Source of the DNA: the human T2T-CHM13v2.0 reference genome, Homo sapiens
Direction: 5' to 3' (one strand)
Length of the DNA stretch: 64,000 nucleotides
Assembly: GCF_009914755.1 (NCBI RefSeq)
Contig: NC_060932.1
Shown: piece after piece, positions 27,921-41,800 of the stretch
How the letters are laid out: each line of letters begins with the position of its first letter
Position numbering within the stretch: the first letter of the stretch is position 1
Made by a program: the position numbers and the translations under genes
Notes under the pieces: generated by a model
The model's input: the letters and a program-made list of their open reading frames with translations, nothing else
What the model was told of the DNA's origin: nothing
The model's database searches: none

Positions 27921-29280
27921 TCATCATTCCCACTCTTACAGAAAGAGAGAAAATATAACAAAATAAAAATCAGTGACCTTTCTTTGACCCATCAAGGAAC
28001 CATGGTTGTAAGCCATCCCCAAATCTGGGGAGATAGATCAGAGAGTTACCTCCAATATCTGTTTTCCCAGAGCAGAAGCCATGAAACGAGAGCAAAAGCA
28101 AAATAGTAATTGCAAGAAATTGCTGGAGGCTGAGTGTAAACTAGCATGAGAATGAGAAATTCTAGGGGCTGCAGTCTTAGGGGGTTCCCATATTTCTGTG
28201 AGTTTTACCTCTATGATCCCTACCAGGATCTTATGTTAAAAAGTTAAAAGACCCTGGCTTCAGCAGGGACGGGAAAATAAAAATCATTATGAAATCTTCC
28301 CAGGATGTTCTTCATAACAAAAGCTTACTCTCCAAAGGAATAGACTTTGCCAGAATCTTATTTCACCTAGAGAAATAGTATTTCTTCCAGTCTATCCCCC
28401 TTTATCTTTCCTGTCTCACCTGAGCAGGGAGGAAACTATGCTATTGGAGCTACAATTGTGAAGGTCACAGTCCAGGGAAACAGGCCTACTAAGGGACTAA
28501 TATTTAATCAAAAGGCACAGCATGCTTCCCCTATACCACCCCTGACCACCACAGGTTGTACAGGGCTCCAATATGATAGCAGTGGATTACAGCAGAAAGA
28601 AATACACAATTCAGAGTTTCTCTGAGAAGTAGTACTTAGGCAACCCAATGTTAAGAGGGGAGACAAAAACAAGGATGCTAGAGAAATTTTAAGCCTCTGC
28701 CACTTACAGCTACAGCAAACATTAACACAGCCCAACTCCTAGCCAGATTACCATAAATTCTGACAGTAAATACCCATTTGCTTTAGTTCTCCATACTCAG
28801 TGGAAAATGTCTAGCCACTAACAAAAATTACAATGCATACCAAAAGGAAAAATAGAATTCTGAAGAGACAAAGCAATTGTCAGACTGAGACATAGCTATG
28901 ACACAAACATTCAAATATAAGAGAATTTTAAATAACTAAAATGCTAACAACTGTAATAAAAAACTATACAACATGAAAGAACAAATGCATAATGTAAGAT
29001 GTAAGCATAGAGATAAATATTGTAACAGAGCATCAAAAGGGGATGCTAGAAATTAGAAACACAGTGATAGAAATGAAGAATGCCTTTGACGGACTCATCA
29101 GTAGATTGGACAGATCAGAAGAAAAAATCAGCAAGCTTGAAGATAAACCTATGGAAACTTTCCAAATAGAAGTGCCAAAAAGAAGAGAGAATGGGAAAAA
29201 AGTGTATCATCCAAAAATTTTTGGACAGTTTTAAAAGGTGTAAAATATAAATTGAAATATCACAAGGTGAAGAATAAACA

Positions 29281-29345
29281 GAGGGAGGAATGGATGAAGG
29301 GACGGAGGGAAGGAAGGAAGGGAGGGAGGGAGAGAGGGAGGGAAA
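29281..29345. repeat. (GGAA/GGGA)n purine tract
   Basis: Read directly. Confidence 0.85.
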
Positions 29346-30216
29346 ACAGGAACAGAACAAATATCTGAAGTCATCATGACCAAGAACTTTCCAAAATTAG
29401 TAACAGAAACCGAAGCATAAATCCTGGAGCTCAGGAAGGGCCAACCAGAAATAGTAATTTCAAAACTATACTTATTTATATTGTATTCAAACTGCAGGAA
29501 GCCAGAAACATAGAGAAAATCTTGGAAAAAATCGGAGGAAAAAATCACCTTGTCTATAAAGGAACAAAGATAATAATTATATTCTTCTTCATCAGAGACC
29601 ATGAAAAAGTAAAAGCAAGAAGAAAGTAGAGTGAAATATTAAAAATATTGAAAGGAAAAAAATACTAATCAATAATTTTATTTCCAGCAAAAATTGTCTT
29701 CAAAGTCCGGGAGAAGTAAAGATGTTCTCTGGCAAACAAAGACTGAAGGAATTCGTTGCTGCTAGACTTTCCTAGCAAGATATGTTAAAGGAAGTTATTT
29801 GGGCAAAAAGAAAACAAAAAATTCCATTCGGAAACTCAGGTCTACACAAAGGAAGAGCTATAAAAAGGAATATTTTTTTTAATTTCTCAGTCTTAATCTA
29901 AAAGAGAACTATGTTTAAAGTTGTAACAGCAACAATGTGTGGTGACAGCATATGGATAACTATGTAATTAACAGGAATAGTACAAGGGACTAGAAGCAGG
30001 AATTAGGGGAATATTCACTTATAAGGTACCTACCCTACATTTGAAGGAAGATAGTGTTCATTGCAGTTGGACTTAGATTGGTTTAAAAACTAACAGAAAC
30101 CCTAACACACCAGTAAAAAAAGTTTAAAAAGCAGTATAATTGATCTGCTAAGGGAGGAGATAAAATCAAGTGTCTGTGCAAAAAAATAATAATAGAAAAA
30201 AGCAGTAGGAGGTGAT

Positions 30217-30760
30217 TTGTAACAGGACTCTTAGAGGCAAACCACAGAAGCTGACTGTGGCTGACCAAGCAAAAAGGGAGATTATTGGGTGGATATATTA
30301 GACAAGTAGCCCGGAGAACCAGATTTAAGACTACACTTTCAAAAATAATGCTCTAAACTACATTACAAAAGGGGCCAATGAGAAAACCACTGCCGTGGAC
30401 ACTGCCATTAACATGCAGCAGTTATTTCAGTTTATAAAATTTGTGGCAAGGAACTCTATTTTACTTCAACAGCTCCTGACACCAGCTGGAATAACAGTCC
30501 TATCCCAGAACGCAGCGCAAACATCCACCCTCACCACCTAAGTCGGATGCTTCTGCCATCATCCTCCCCACAAAAATGGGTTCACCACTTTGAGTCTTTC
30601 ATCAAATTGCCAACTTCCCAATTGGATTATCTGATTAATATGCCCAGTGAGTGGAGATTTGTACACATGTCTGGGCCTCAGCCACAAAGAATGTTGGGAA
30701 TCGTTTTCTGGTTTCTATCATGGGAAGGTAAGACTCATAGGGAGGAAAATTTCCAAACGG
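30217..30760. mobile_element. Possible highly degraded MaLR (MLT1) LTR
   Basis: Weak motifs: acagaagctgactgtggctg...aaaaagggagattattg. Confidence 0.35.
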
Positions 30761-32151
30761 GCAAGATTATATTAAAAAGTTCTAGGCAGCCAGAAAAACT
30801 GAAACTAAGAGATATTTACAACTTTTCAAATTTTTATCACTGGCAGAAATTCAAAAATGTAATGATCACATTTCTTAAAGGAAAATAATAATGTTTTTAC
30901 TCAAGGTTACATGAGGAGTGGAAAAGCATCTGTGTTGACAACACACTCATGGAAACTTCTGTGTAAAAAAAGACCTTTGTAGGCCTTTAACCAGCATAAT
31001 AACTTAAATAAAGTTATGATAAAGTAGATATATTGAAGCATAGCACCCAACTGCCATAGTGTGAAAAACTATAAATAACTCTTTGTCCAGCTTTCTAGCA
31101 TCAAACTTTTAATTGTGTATAAGTCTATATTCACTGAACTTGCATTAAATATTTTAAAAATCAATAACCTTAAAAGTTGCTGAATACACAAGATAAATTA
31201 TATATATAATAGAAATGAGGGCTAGATTTTTAGTCGCACAAACTGCTATTTTTGTTTTTTAAATATAAATATTTTGGTTTCAAAAATTTCATACTGACTT
31301 CCATTTTCTGGTTTTGTGTGTAAGTAGCTTCAAAGTGGCCACTCTGCTCAAACAACAAGCAATAAACTGGACAGACTTGAAAAATCAACTCTTCCTGGAT
31401 CTATAAAAGAGTTGAGGATAGCGGGCAAACCATTGCGCCCAAGGTTAGAAGACAGGCAAATACAGGAAGTCACAGCTTGCCAGAGCAGAAACTGCCTTGG
31501 AAACCAGTGCAAGAACAGGAAAACTTGAACCATAATTAACAAATTGCTGCAGACTCAGTGTGAACAAGTATAAGAGTTTAAAACTCCATCATTGACCAAC
31601 AACTCACAGAAGGTCCCCAACAGTTTCCTAAGTTTTACCTCCAGGAGCTCAACCAGGTTCTCACAGTAAATGCAGGAGGAAAATCCCTTCTTGCTTCTCG
31701 GATGAGGAGGGGAAAAGAAATCATTCTGAAATACACCAGAGAACTCTCTTCTTCTTAACAAGGCCTGTCCTCAGGAGAAACTATTTAACCAGAGCTAAAC
31801 CTTCTGGAATTTTATCCAGACCTAACAGACCTGGGGGAAGGGAAATCCAAACTCCAGCTGGCTCTAGCCCTCCATGCGGTGGAAGGAAAATAACCGACTT
31901 CAGCCCACTCTAGCCATGCTGTCTCACATAAGTGAGGGCTGGGGGAGACTGGGAAGCACTTGTGAAACCACAGTCAAAGCTATAGGCTCATTGAAAGACT
32001 GAGATCTAATCACAGCAGGATAGAACACATTCCCTCACCTTCCTACCACCCTATTACAGCAGTAACTTTTACTTGCTACACCATGTCCGGCTATCAAGAA
32101 AAAACTACAAGACATACTAAAAAGAAAAGGATACAACTTGAAGATACGGAG

Positions 32152-32507
32152 TGTATTAGTTTGTTTTCACACTGCTATGAAGAAATACCTGAGACTGGGT
32201 AATTTAAAAGAAAAGAGGTTTAATGACTCTCAGTTCCACATGGCTGGGGAGGCCTCAGGAAACTTACAATGATGGTGGAAGGCAAAGGGGAAACAAGGCA
32301 CATCTTACATGGTGGCAGGAGAAAGAGAGAAAGTGAAGGGCAAACTGCCATTTGTAAAACCACAAGATGTCATGAGAACTCATTCACTGTCATGGGAACA
32401 GCTTGGGGAAAACCACCCTCATGATCCGATCACTTCCCACCAGATCCCTCCCTTCACATGTGGGGATTAATAATTTGAGATGAGATTTGGGTGGGGATAC
32501 ACAGAGC
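32152..32507 (-). mobile_element. THE1D/MSTA-like solo LTR
   Basis: tgtattagt...gaggcctcaggaaacttacaat...gagatttgggtgggga; terminal bases missing. Confidence 0.9.
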
Positions 32508-33573
32508 AAGCATCCAAACAAGACTCAGATATAGCAGGGATAATGGAATTATCACAATAAGAATTTAAAACAGCTGTAATTGGAGTGACATCAGCAAGAT
32601 GGTAAAATAGGACTTTCTGGGCTTGTCTCCTCGCAGAAACATCAATTTGAACAACTATCCACATTCAAAAATACTTCACAAAAGCTAAGGAATTCAGGTG
32701 AGAGACTACAGCACTAGGTGTACTATAAAAATAAGAAAAGACACATTGATGAAGATAGAAAGGACAGTTTCACATTACCTGCATTACTCCTTCCCCAAGT
32801 CCAGGCAGCATAGCATGGAGAGAGGTACTCTCTGCATGGGAGAAAGGGAGTGAAATGAGCAGGCATCTTTGTCATGAACCGTAGCAGCAGGCTTGCCCCA
32901 TGGAAACCTGACCTCAGGTCTGCCCCAGAACCAGGCTATCCCCCATGGCCTTCACAGACATAGGCTCTACTCCCACACCAGGTTTAGTCTATTCCTCACA
33001 GACCGAGGCTCCAAAGCAGTCCTTTTGGCCCCAGAATCCAGCCCAGCACCCCCACTGACATAGTATCCAGACCAGGTTCTATGGATCCAGGCTCCAGGTC
33101 AACCCCAGTGTCAGGCTTGATCCAGTAGGCCAAGAGTCCAAGCACAACTCTGCAGACCTAGACCCTAGGCTTGTTCAGGTCCATCCCTGCAGACCGAGAC
33201 TTCAGGCTTGTCCCATGGCACTAAACTGGACTCAAGCTCCAGGTCTAGCCCCACAAACCAAGGCACAAGGCTGGTCCATGTGGACTCAGTCACCAGGCCT
33301 GCCTACCTACTGACCCAGATACTAGGCAGGCCCACTCAGGGACCCTAACAGCAAGCTTGCTCATGAATCTCTGGAAGGGCCAACTGGTGAAGCACTTTTC
33401 CCACTGAAGTCAGCTCGGAAATATTGAAAGAGGTGCCTCTTTCCTCCAACGCACAGATACTAACACAAGGCCACAAGGATCATGAATAATCAAGGCAACA
33501 TGACACTACCAGAGGAATGAAATAATCAAGGAAACATGACACCACCAAAGCAATAGTAACTGATATCAGATAA

Positions 33574-33920
<347 letters not shown>

Positions 33921-36501
33921 CAAAATAATCATCTTAAAGAAGTTCAATGAGTTGCAAAAGAACCAAACAGAAAATGAAACAAATTAAGGAAAACGATTCA
34001 TGAACAAAATAAGGAGTTCAAGAAAGTGATGGAAAACGGTATTCTGAATTTGACTATATTCTTGACTTTATAGTGAGTTTTACCCTTTCATATGTTTTGT
34101 ATGTTGTTACTTAGCATCCTTTCATCTCCAGTTGAAAAATTCCCTTTAACATTTCTTGTAAGGCAGGTCAAACCTTCCACAGCTTTTGTTTTATTCTGGG
34201 AAATTCTTTATCTCTCTTTCATTTCTGAAGGACAGCCTGGCTATGTATAATGTTCTTGAGTGGCTGTTTTCCTCTTTCAGTGCTTTGAATATATCATCCC
34301 ATTTGCCTCTGGCCTGCACCTAATTATATAGCAATTATTAACTGAAGGGAGAAATAGACAACAATTCCATAATAGTGGGGACTTCAGTACCCTATTTTCA
34401 ACAACAGATAGATCATTCAAACAAAATCAACAAGGAAAGATCAAACTAAATACAATAGAACAGAGTTAACACTTACATAGAACATTGCATAAAAGCAGCA
34501 GCAGAATACATACGTTTTCCAAGTGAAAATGAAACATTTTCCAGCATAGTTCATATGTTAGGCAACAAAACACATCTTAATAAATTTGAGAATATTGAAA
34601 TTATATCAAGTGTCTTTTGTGACCACATGATATAAAGCTAGTACTCAATAATTGGAAGAAATTTAAAAATTTACAAATGTGTGAAAATAAAACAACATAT
34701 TTATTAAAAAATCAATGGGTCAAAGATGAAATCAAGAGAGAAAAAAAATCTTTACGCAAATGAAAAGGGAAACACCACATCCCATACTTATGGGATGAAG
34801 TGAAAGTTCTAAGAGGAATTGTAGCAATAAATGCCTGCATTAAAAAAAGAAATATCTCCAATAAATAATGTAGTTTACATCTCAACTAGAAAAAGAAGAA
34901 ACCTAGCCCTGAGTCATCAGAAGACAGAAATTACTAAATTCAGGGGCAGAAATAAATGAAAAAAGACTAGAAAAACAACAGGAGAGGTCAAAGAACCTAA
35001 GAATTGTTTTTATACACCAATAAACAAAATTAACAAATCTATCATTAGCCTTAAAAAAACAGAAGATTCAAATAAATTATAAATGAATGAGAAGACCTTA
35101 GAACTGATACTACAGAAATATAAAGGACCATAAGAGACAATTGTGAATAATGATGCACCAACAAATTAAATAACCTAGAAGGAATGAATACGTTCCTGGA
35201 AACATACACCCTAACAATATTAAATTACAGAGAAATAGAAAAATTGAACAAATCAGTAACAAGCAAGTGGATAGAATCAGTAATCTAAAATCTCCCCTTC
35301 CAAAACAAAAAGATAGAATCTGATGTCTTCACTCATTAATTTACCAAACATTTAAAGAGGAATTAATGCCAATCTTCTCAAACTCTTCCAAAAAAATGAA
35401 GAGGAAGGCATACTTCCAAACACTTTTTAAAAGGCCAGCATCATTCCGATACCAAAGCAAGGCAAGGAAATGATAAGAAAAAAAAATACAGGACAATATT
35501 TCTGATGAACGTAAGCGCAAAAATTTTTAACAAAATACCAACAAACTCAATTAAGCAACACGTTAAAAGTATCATTCACCGTAATCAAGTGGGATGTATT
35601 CCCGGGATGCAAGCATGGTTCAGCATACACAAACCTATAAATGTGATATGCCACATTAATAGAATAAAGAATAAAAATATGATGATCATCTGAATAGATT
35701 CAGAAAAGGCATTTGACAAGATGCAACCTGCTTTTATGGTTAAAAAGAAAACACTGAATGCTTTATGTATAGAAGGAACTTAATAAAATATAGGCCACAT
35801 GTAACAAGCCCACAGCTAACATCATACTCGAGAGTGAGAAGTCAAAAGCTTTTCCTCCAAGATTAGGACAAGATAAAGATGCCCACTCTCTTTCCCCTTC
35901 TGTAGTATAATACTAGATTTCCTAGCCACAGCAATTAGTCAAGAAAAAAAATAAAAACAAATCAGAAAGGAAAAAGTTAAATTGTCTCTGTTTTCAGATG
36001 ATAATTTTTTAAAGAGAAAACTCTAAAACCAAGAAACTGTTAGTCCTAATAAGGGTACTCAGTAAAATTGCTGGATACAGAATCAACATAGAGAAATCAG
36101 AACTTGTTTCTATACACTAACAATGAACTATCCAAAATAAATTTTTAAAATTTACAGTAGTATCAAAAAGAATGAAACACTTGGTAATATATTTAATGAA
36201 GAAAGTTAAATCTCTGTACAATAAAAATAAAACTGATGAAAAATATCAAAAAGACACAAATAAATGGAAAAATATCCTAGGTTCATGAATGTCTACTGAT
36301 AGAATTAATATTGAATTAATATTGTTAAAATGTCAATACAACCAAAAGTGATCTACAGATTCAACACAATCCCTATCAAAAATTTAATGACATTTTTTAC
36401 AGAAATATACTTTTTGGAAATCATTAAATATCACATGGAACCCCAAAAGATCCTGAAGAGCAAAAGCAACCTTGAAAAGGAAGAAGAAAGTTTCAGGTAT
36501 C

Positions 36502-36805
36502 AGCTGGATACAGTGGCTCATGACTGTAATCACAGCACTTTGGGAGGCTGAGGCAAGTGGATCACTTGAGCTCAGGAGTTCAAGACCAGCCTGGAAAAGA
36601 TGATGAAATCCTGTCTCTACAAAAAGTACAAAGTTAGCTGGGTGCGGTGGTGTATGCCTGCAGTCCCAGCTACTTGGGGATGCTGAAACAGGAGAATCAC
36701 TTGAGTCCAGGAGGTTGAGTCTACAGTGAGCAGCGTTTGCACCACTGCACTCCAGCCTGGGTGAAAAGGTAAGAACCTGTCTCAAAAAAAATAAAAACAA
36801 CAAAA
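36502..36805 (+). mobile_element. AluJ
   Basis: cacttgagctcaggag, cacttgagtccaggaggttgag; degenerate TSD. Confidence 0.9.
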
Positions 36806-38470
36806 AAGAAGGTTAGAGATATCACACTGTATTATTTCAAATAACTACAAAGCCATAGTAATAAAGCAGTATGGTATTGGCATAAAAATAGAAATATAGA
36901 CCAATGGAAGAGAATAGAGAGCTCAGAAATAAACCCAAACATGTACAGTCAGTTGCTCTTTGGCAAAAATACCAAGGATATGCAATGGGGAAAGTTCACT
37001 CTCTTCAGGAAAAGGTGTTGAGAAAACTGGATATCCACAGAAGAATAAAATTGAGTTCTTACATCACACCATACACAAAAATCAATTCAAAATGAATTAA
37101 AGACTTAAATATAACATCTGAAACTATAAACCTATTAGAAGAAAACATAGGAAAAACCTTCTTGACATTGGCCTTGACGATAATTTCTGGATATGATTAC
37201 AAAAGTAAAGTCAGCAAAAGCGAAAATAGACAAACAGAATTCCATCAAACTAAAATGCTCTGCACAGAAAGGAAACAGTCAACAGAATGAAGATATAACC
37301 AAAAGAATGGGAGAAATATTTGCAAACCATACATATGTTAAAGGGTTATCCAAAATGTATAAAAAATTCAATATCCTATGTGCATGAATGTCTATTGATA
37401 GAATTAATAAAAGAATTAATATTGAATTAATATTGTTAAAATGTCTATACAACCAAAAGTGATCTACAGATTCAGGACAATTCCTATCACAAATTTGATG
37501 ACTTTTTCACAGAAATATACTTTTTGGAAATATTTGCAATATTCAGTATTTCAATAGAAAGAAACAAATAACCCAATTTTTTAAATGGTCAAAGTACCTG
37601 AATAGACATATCCCAAAAGAAGACATATGAATGGCCAACAGATATGAGAAGACATGCTCAACATCTCTAATCACCAGGGAAATGCAAACTAAACCACAAT
37701 GAGATATCACTTCACAGACGTTAGAATGGCTATTGCCCAAAAGAAAAAAGATAACAAATATTGGTGAGACTGTGGAAAAAGGGAACTCTTGTATGCTGTT
37801 GGTCAGAATGTAAATTTATATAGCTATTATGAAAAAGAGTATAGAGGTTCCTCAGAAAATTAAAAATAGAGCTAATATATGATCCAATAATTCCACATCT
37901 GGATATCTTTCCAAAGATATAAAGTCAGTATGTCAAAGAGATATCTTCTCTTCTGTGTGCATTGAAGCATTATTCACAATAGCCAAATATGGAATTAATC
38001 TAAATGTCCATTATTAGATGAAACAATGAAAGAAATGTGTTATATATACAATGGAATATTATTCTGCCTTCAAAAAGAAGAAAATTCTATCATTTTGACA
38101 CATGGATGAAATAGGAGGATGTTATGCCAAGTAAAATAAGCCTACAAAGACAAATACTCCATGATCTCACTTATACGTAAAATCTAAAAAATATTGGACT
38201 CATAAAAGCATCGAATGGTGCTTTCTCAAAGTTGGAGACTTCAGGGAGGGGACAATGAGGAGATTCCAGTCAAAGAATACCAAGTTATAGTGAGAAAGAA
38301 TAAGTAATTTTTACAGATCGATTGAAAAACATGGTGACTATGTTTAATAATAATGTATTATATTCCTCAAAATTGCTAAGAAAGTAGATCTTAAATGTTC
38401 TCACCACAAAAAAAAATGTGATCAAAATGTGAAGTGTTGGATATATTAATTAGATTACTTGTGATAATCA

Positions 38471-38831
<361 letters not shown>

Positions 38832-41800
38832 CAAAACTTATACAGCAAAACATGTCCAATTTTTATTTATCAATTACATCTCAATAAAGCTGAAATAAAA
38901 GTTTAATTTTTTAAAATGTGAAAAAAGTTCAAAATAAATTAAAACAACATCATTAATATGGTAAGGGCTGTACAGAATAAAGTAGATGAACAGATAGAAA
39001 ATGTAAGAAAAAAAGATATAAATCCCAGTAAAGAACCAAGAAGAAATGCCAGAGATCAAAAAAACTGTAACAAAAATAATGATTTTGATGGGCTTATTAA
39101 CAGACTGCTCACAGCTGAGGAAGGAATCTCTGAACTTGAGGATATCTCAATGGAAAACCCCCAAACTGAAAACTGAACAGAAGAAAAGACAAAAAAAAAA
39201 AAAAGATTATCAAGCAACTGTGTGAAAACCACAAAAAGTGTAACATACATGTAGTGGGAACATCAGAGAAAGGAGAGAGAAAGGAATATAAAATATTTGA
39301 AACAACGACTGATAAAACTTGCACCAAATTAATATCGGATAACAAACCACAGATTCAGGTAGCTCAGAGAATTTCAAGCAGGATAAATGCAAGGGGGAAA
39401 AAAGAAACAATACAAAACACACAAGCAAACAAAAACCAAAAACAAATACACACAAACTGTGTATAGATACATCATTTCCAAACTACAGAAAATCAAAGAT
39501 AAAGAAAAAATTGTGAAAAACAGCAAAAGGAAAAAATCACATTATCTGAGAGGAACAACGATCCAACTTCTCCATAGCACCATGTAATCAAAAGTCAGTG
39601 GAGTGAGATATTTAAAGTATCGAGAGAAAAAGAAAATCACCAAGCAAAAATTCTGTACCTTTGTGAAAGTATCTTCCAAAAGTGAGGGAGAAATAAAGAC
39701 TGTGTCAGATAAACAAAACCAAAAGTTTTTGCCAGTAGACTTGCATTGCAGGAAATGATAAAAGCCATTCTTTGAGAGAAAGAAAATATATATACGTCAG
39801 AAACTAGGATCTACCTGAAGTTTTTATTCCGTTTTTACTTGTTTTTTCACACATACTTATTCTTCTCAAGCTCACATGGAACATTCACTGAGATAGACAA
39901 CTAGCCTATAAAACACACCTTAACAAACCTGAAAGAATAGAAATTATATAATGTGTACTGTCAGATAAAAATGGAATTATTGATTAACAATTGTCCAAAG
40001 TAGATATCAATAACAGAAGTATAACTGGAAAATTCCAGAACACATTCTAAATAACACAGTGGTCAAAGATGAAATCTCAAGGGAAATTTTAAAAGATTTC
40101 AAACTAAATGAAAATGGAAACACAACTTACCAAACATTGTGATGTGAAGCAAAAGCAATGCTTAGAAAGAAACATAGCACTGGATGCATATATCAGAAAA
40201 GAATATCTAAAATCAATAATGTAAGTTATTACCTTAGGAAACTAGAAAAGGAAAAACAAATTAATTCCAAAGTAAGCAGAAGAAAAGAAATAAGATTTAA
40301 GTCAGAAATCAATGAAATTGATATACAAAATCAATAGAGAAATTAATACCACACGCGGTTTTTTTTTAAATATCAGTATAATTGATAAGCCTCTAATGGG
40401 GCTAACCATGAAAAAAGAGAAGACACAAGTTACACAGTAATTAGACAGGGGACATCTCCACAGATCCCATAGACATAAATAGGATTTAAAAGAAAATTAT
40501 AAACAAGCCTATGCCCCCAAATTTTATAATCTGGATAAACTAGGCAAATCCTCAAATGACAAAATCTGCCAAAACTCACACAAGAATAGACAATCTGAAT
40601 AGACCTATATCAATTAAAGAAATAGAATCAATAGTTAGTTACCTTCCAAAACAAAAAGCAGCACCAGGCCCAAAGTGATTCACTTCTAAATGATACCAAA
40701 CATTTAAGAAATAAATTATGCCAGTTTTCTACAATCTGTTTTGGAAGACAGAAGATTAGGGAATACTGTCTAACTCATTCCATGAGCCCAAAGTTACTCT
40801 AATACCAAAAACAGACAAAGAAACTAAAAGAAATCTTTTTGAAAACTTCAGACCAATATTTTTCATGAATGTAAATATAAAAATCCTTAAGAAAATATTA
40901 GCAAACTGGATCCAACAAGGTATAAAAAGAACTATACACCATGACAGTAAAAAATCCTGAAACAAAAGTAATTATAGTAAGGTTACAGGATATAAGGTTA
41001 GTATGGAAAAGTCAATAATTTTCCTATATACCAGCAATGAGCAAGTGGAATTTTAAATTAAAATGTGTAAGGTATGATAAGATATGTAAGGCTGGCACAA
41101 CATTCAAAATCAATTAATGTAATTTATCACATCAAAAGGTTCAAAAGAAAAATCACATGATCATATCAATAGACAGTGAAAAAGGATTTGATGAAGTCTA
41201 ACACATATTCATAGTTTAAAAAAGAGAACTAGAAACAGAGGGTAATGTCCTCAACTTCATGAAGAACGTCTACCAAACAACAACAACAGAAAAAACCCTA
41301 TGGGTAGCATCATACTTTATAGTGAGAAACTACAAGGCAATAATGTCATCCTCTACCCACTCCTTTCCAGCATTATACTGAAAGCTCTAGATAGCAATAA
41401 GACAAGAAAAGGAAATATAAGATATACATATTGGGAAGGAAGAAACAAAATTATATTAGTTCACAGGTGACATGATCTTCTGTGTATAGAATCCAAGTTT
41501 AAAAATCTAAAACAAAAGTAATTATAGTAAGGTTACAGGATATAAGGTTAGTATGGAAAAGTCAATAACTTTCCTATTTACCGGCAATGAACAAGTGGAA
41601 TTTTAAATTAAGAACACAATACCATTTACATTAGCATTTCAAATAATGAAATGCTTAGGCATAAATCTAACAAAATATATATAAACTCTATATGATGAAA
41701 ACCATGAAACTCTAATGAAATAAAGAACTAAATAAGTGAAGAGATATTACATGCTTATGAATAGGAAGACTCAACATTGTTAAAATTTCATTTCTTCTCA

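Noticed and set aside
32880-33350. Periodic ccagg-rich stretch as a novel array or CRISPR-like locus
   Set aside because: Degenerate and located in the L1MA 5'UTR, where such repeats are expected; no constant repeat-spacer structure; eukaryotic DNA
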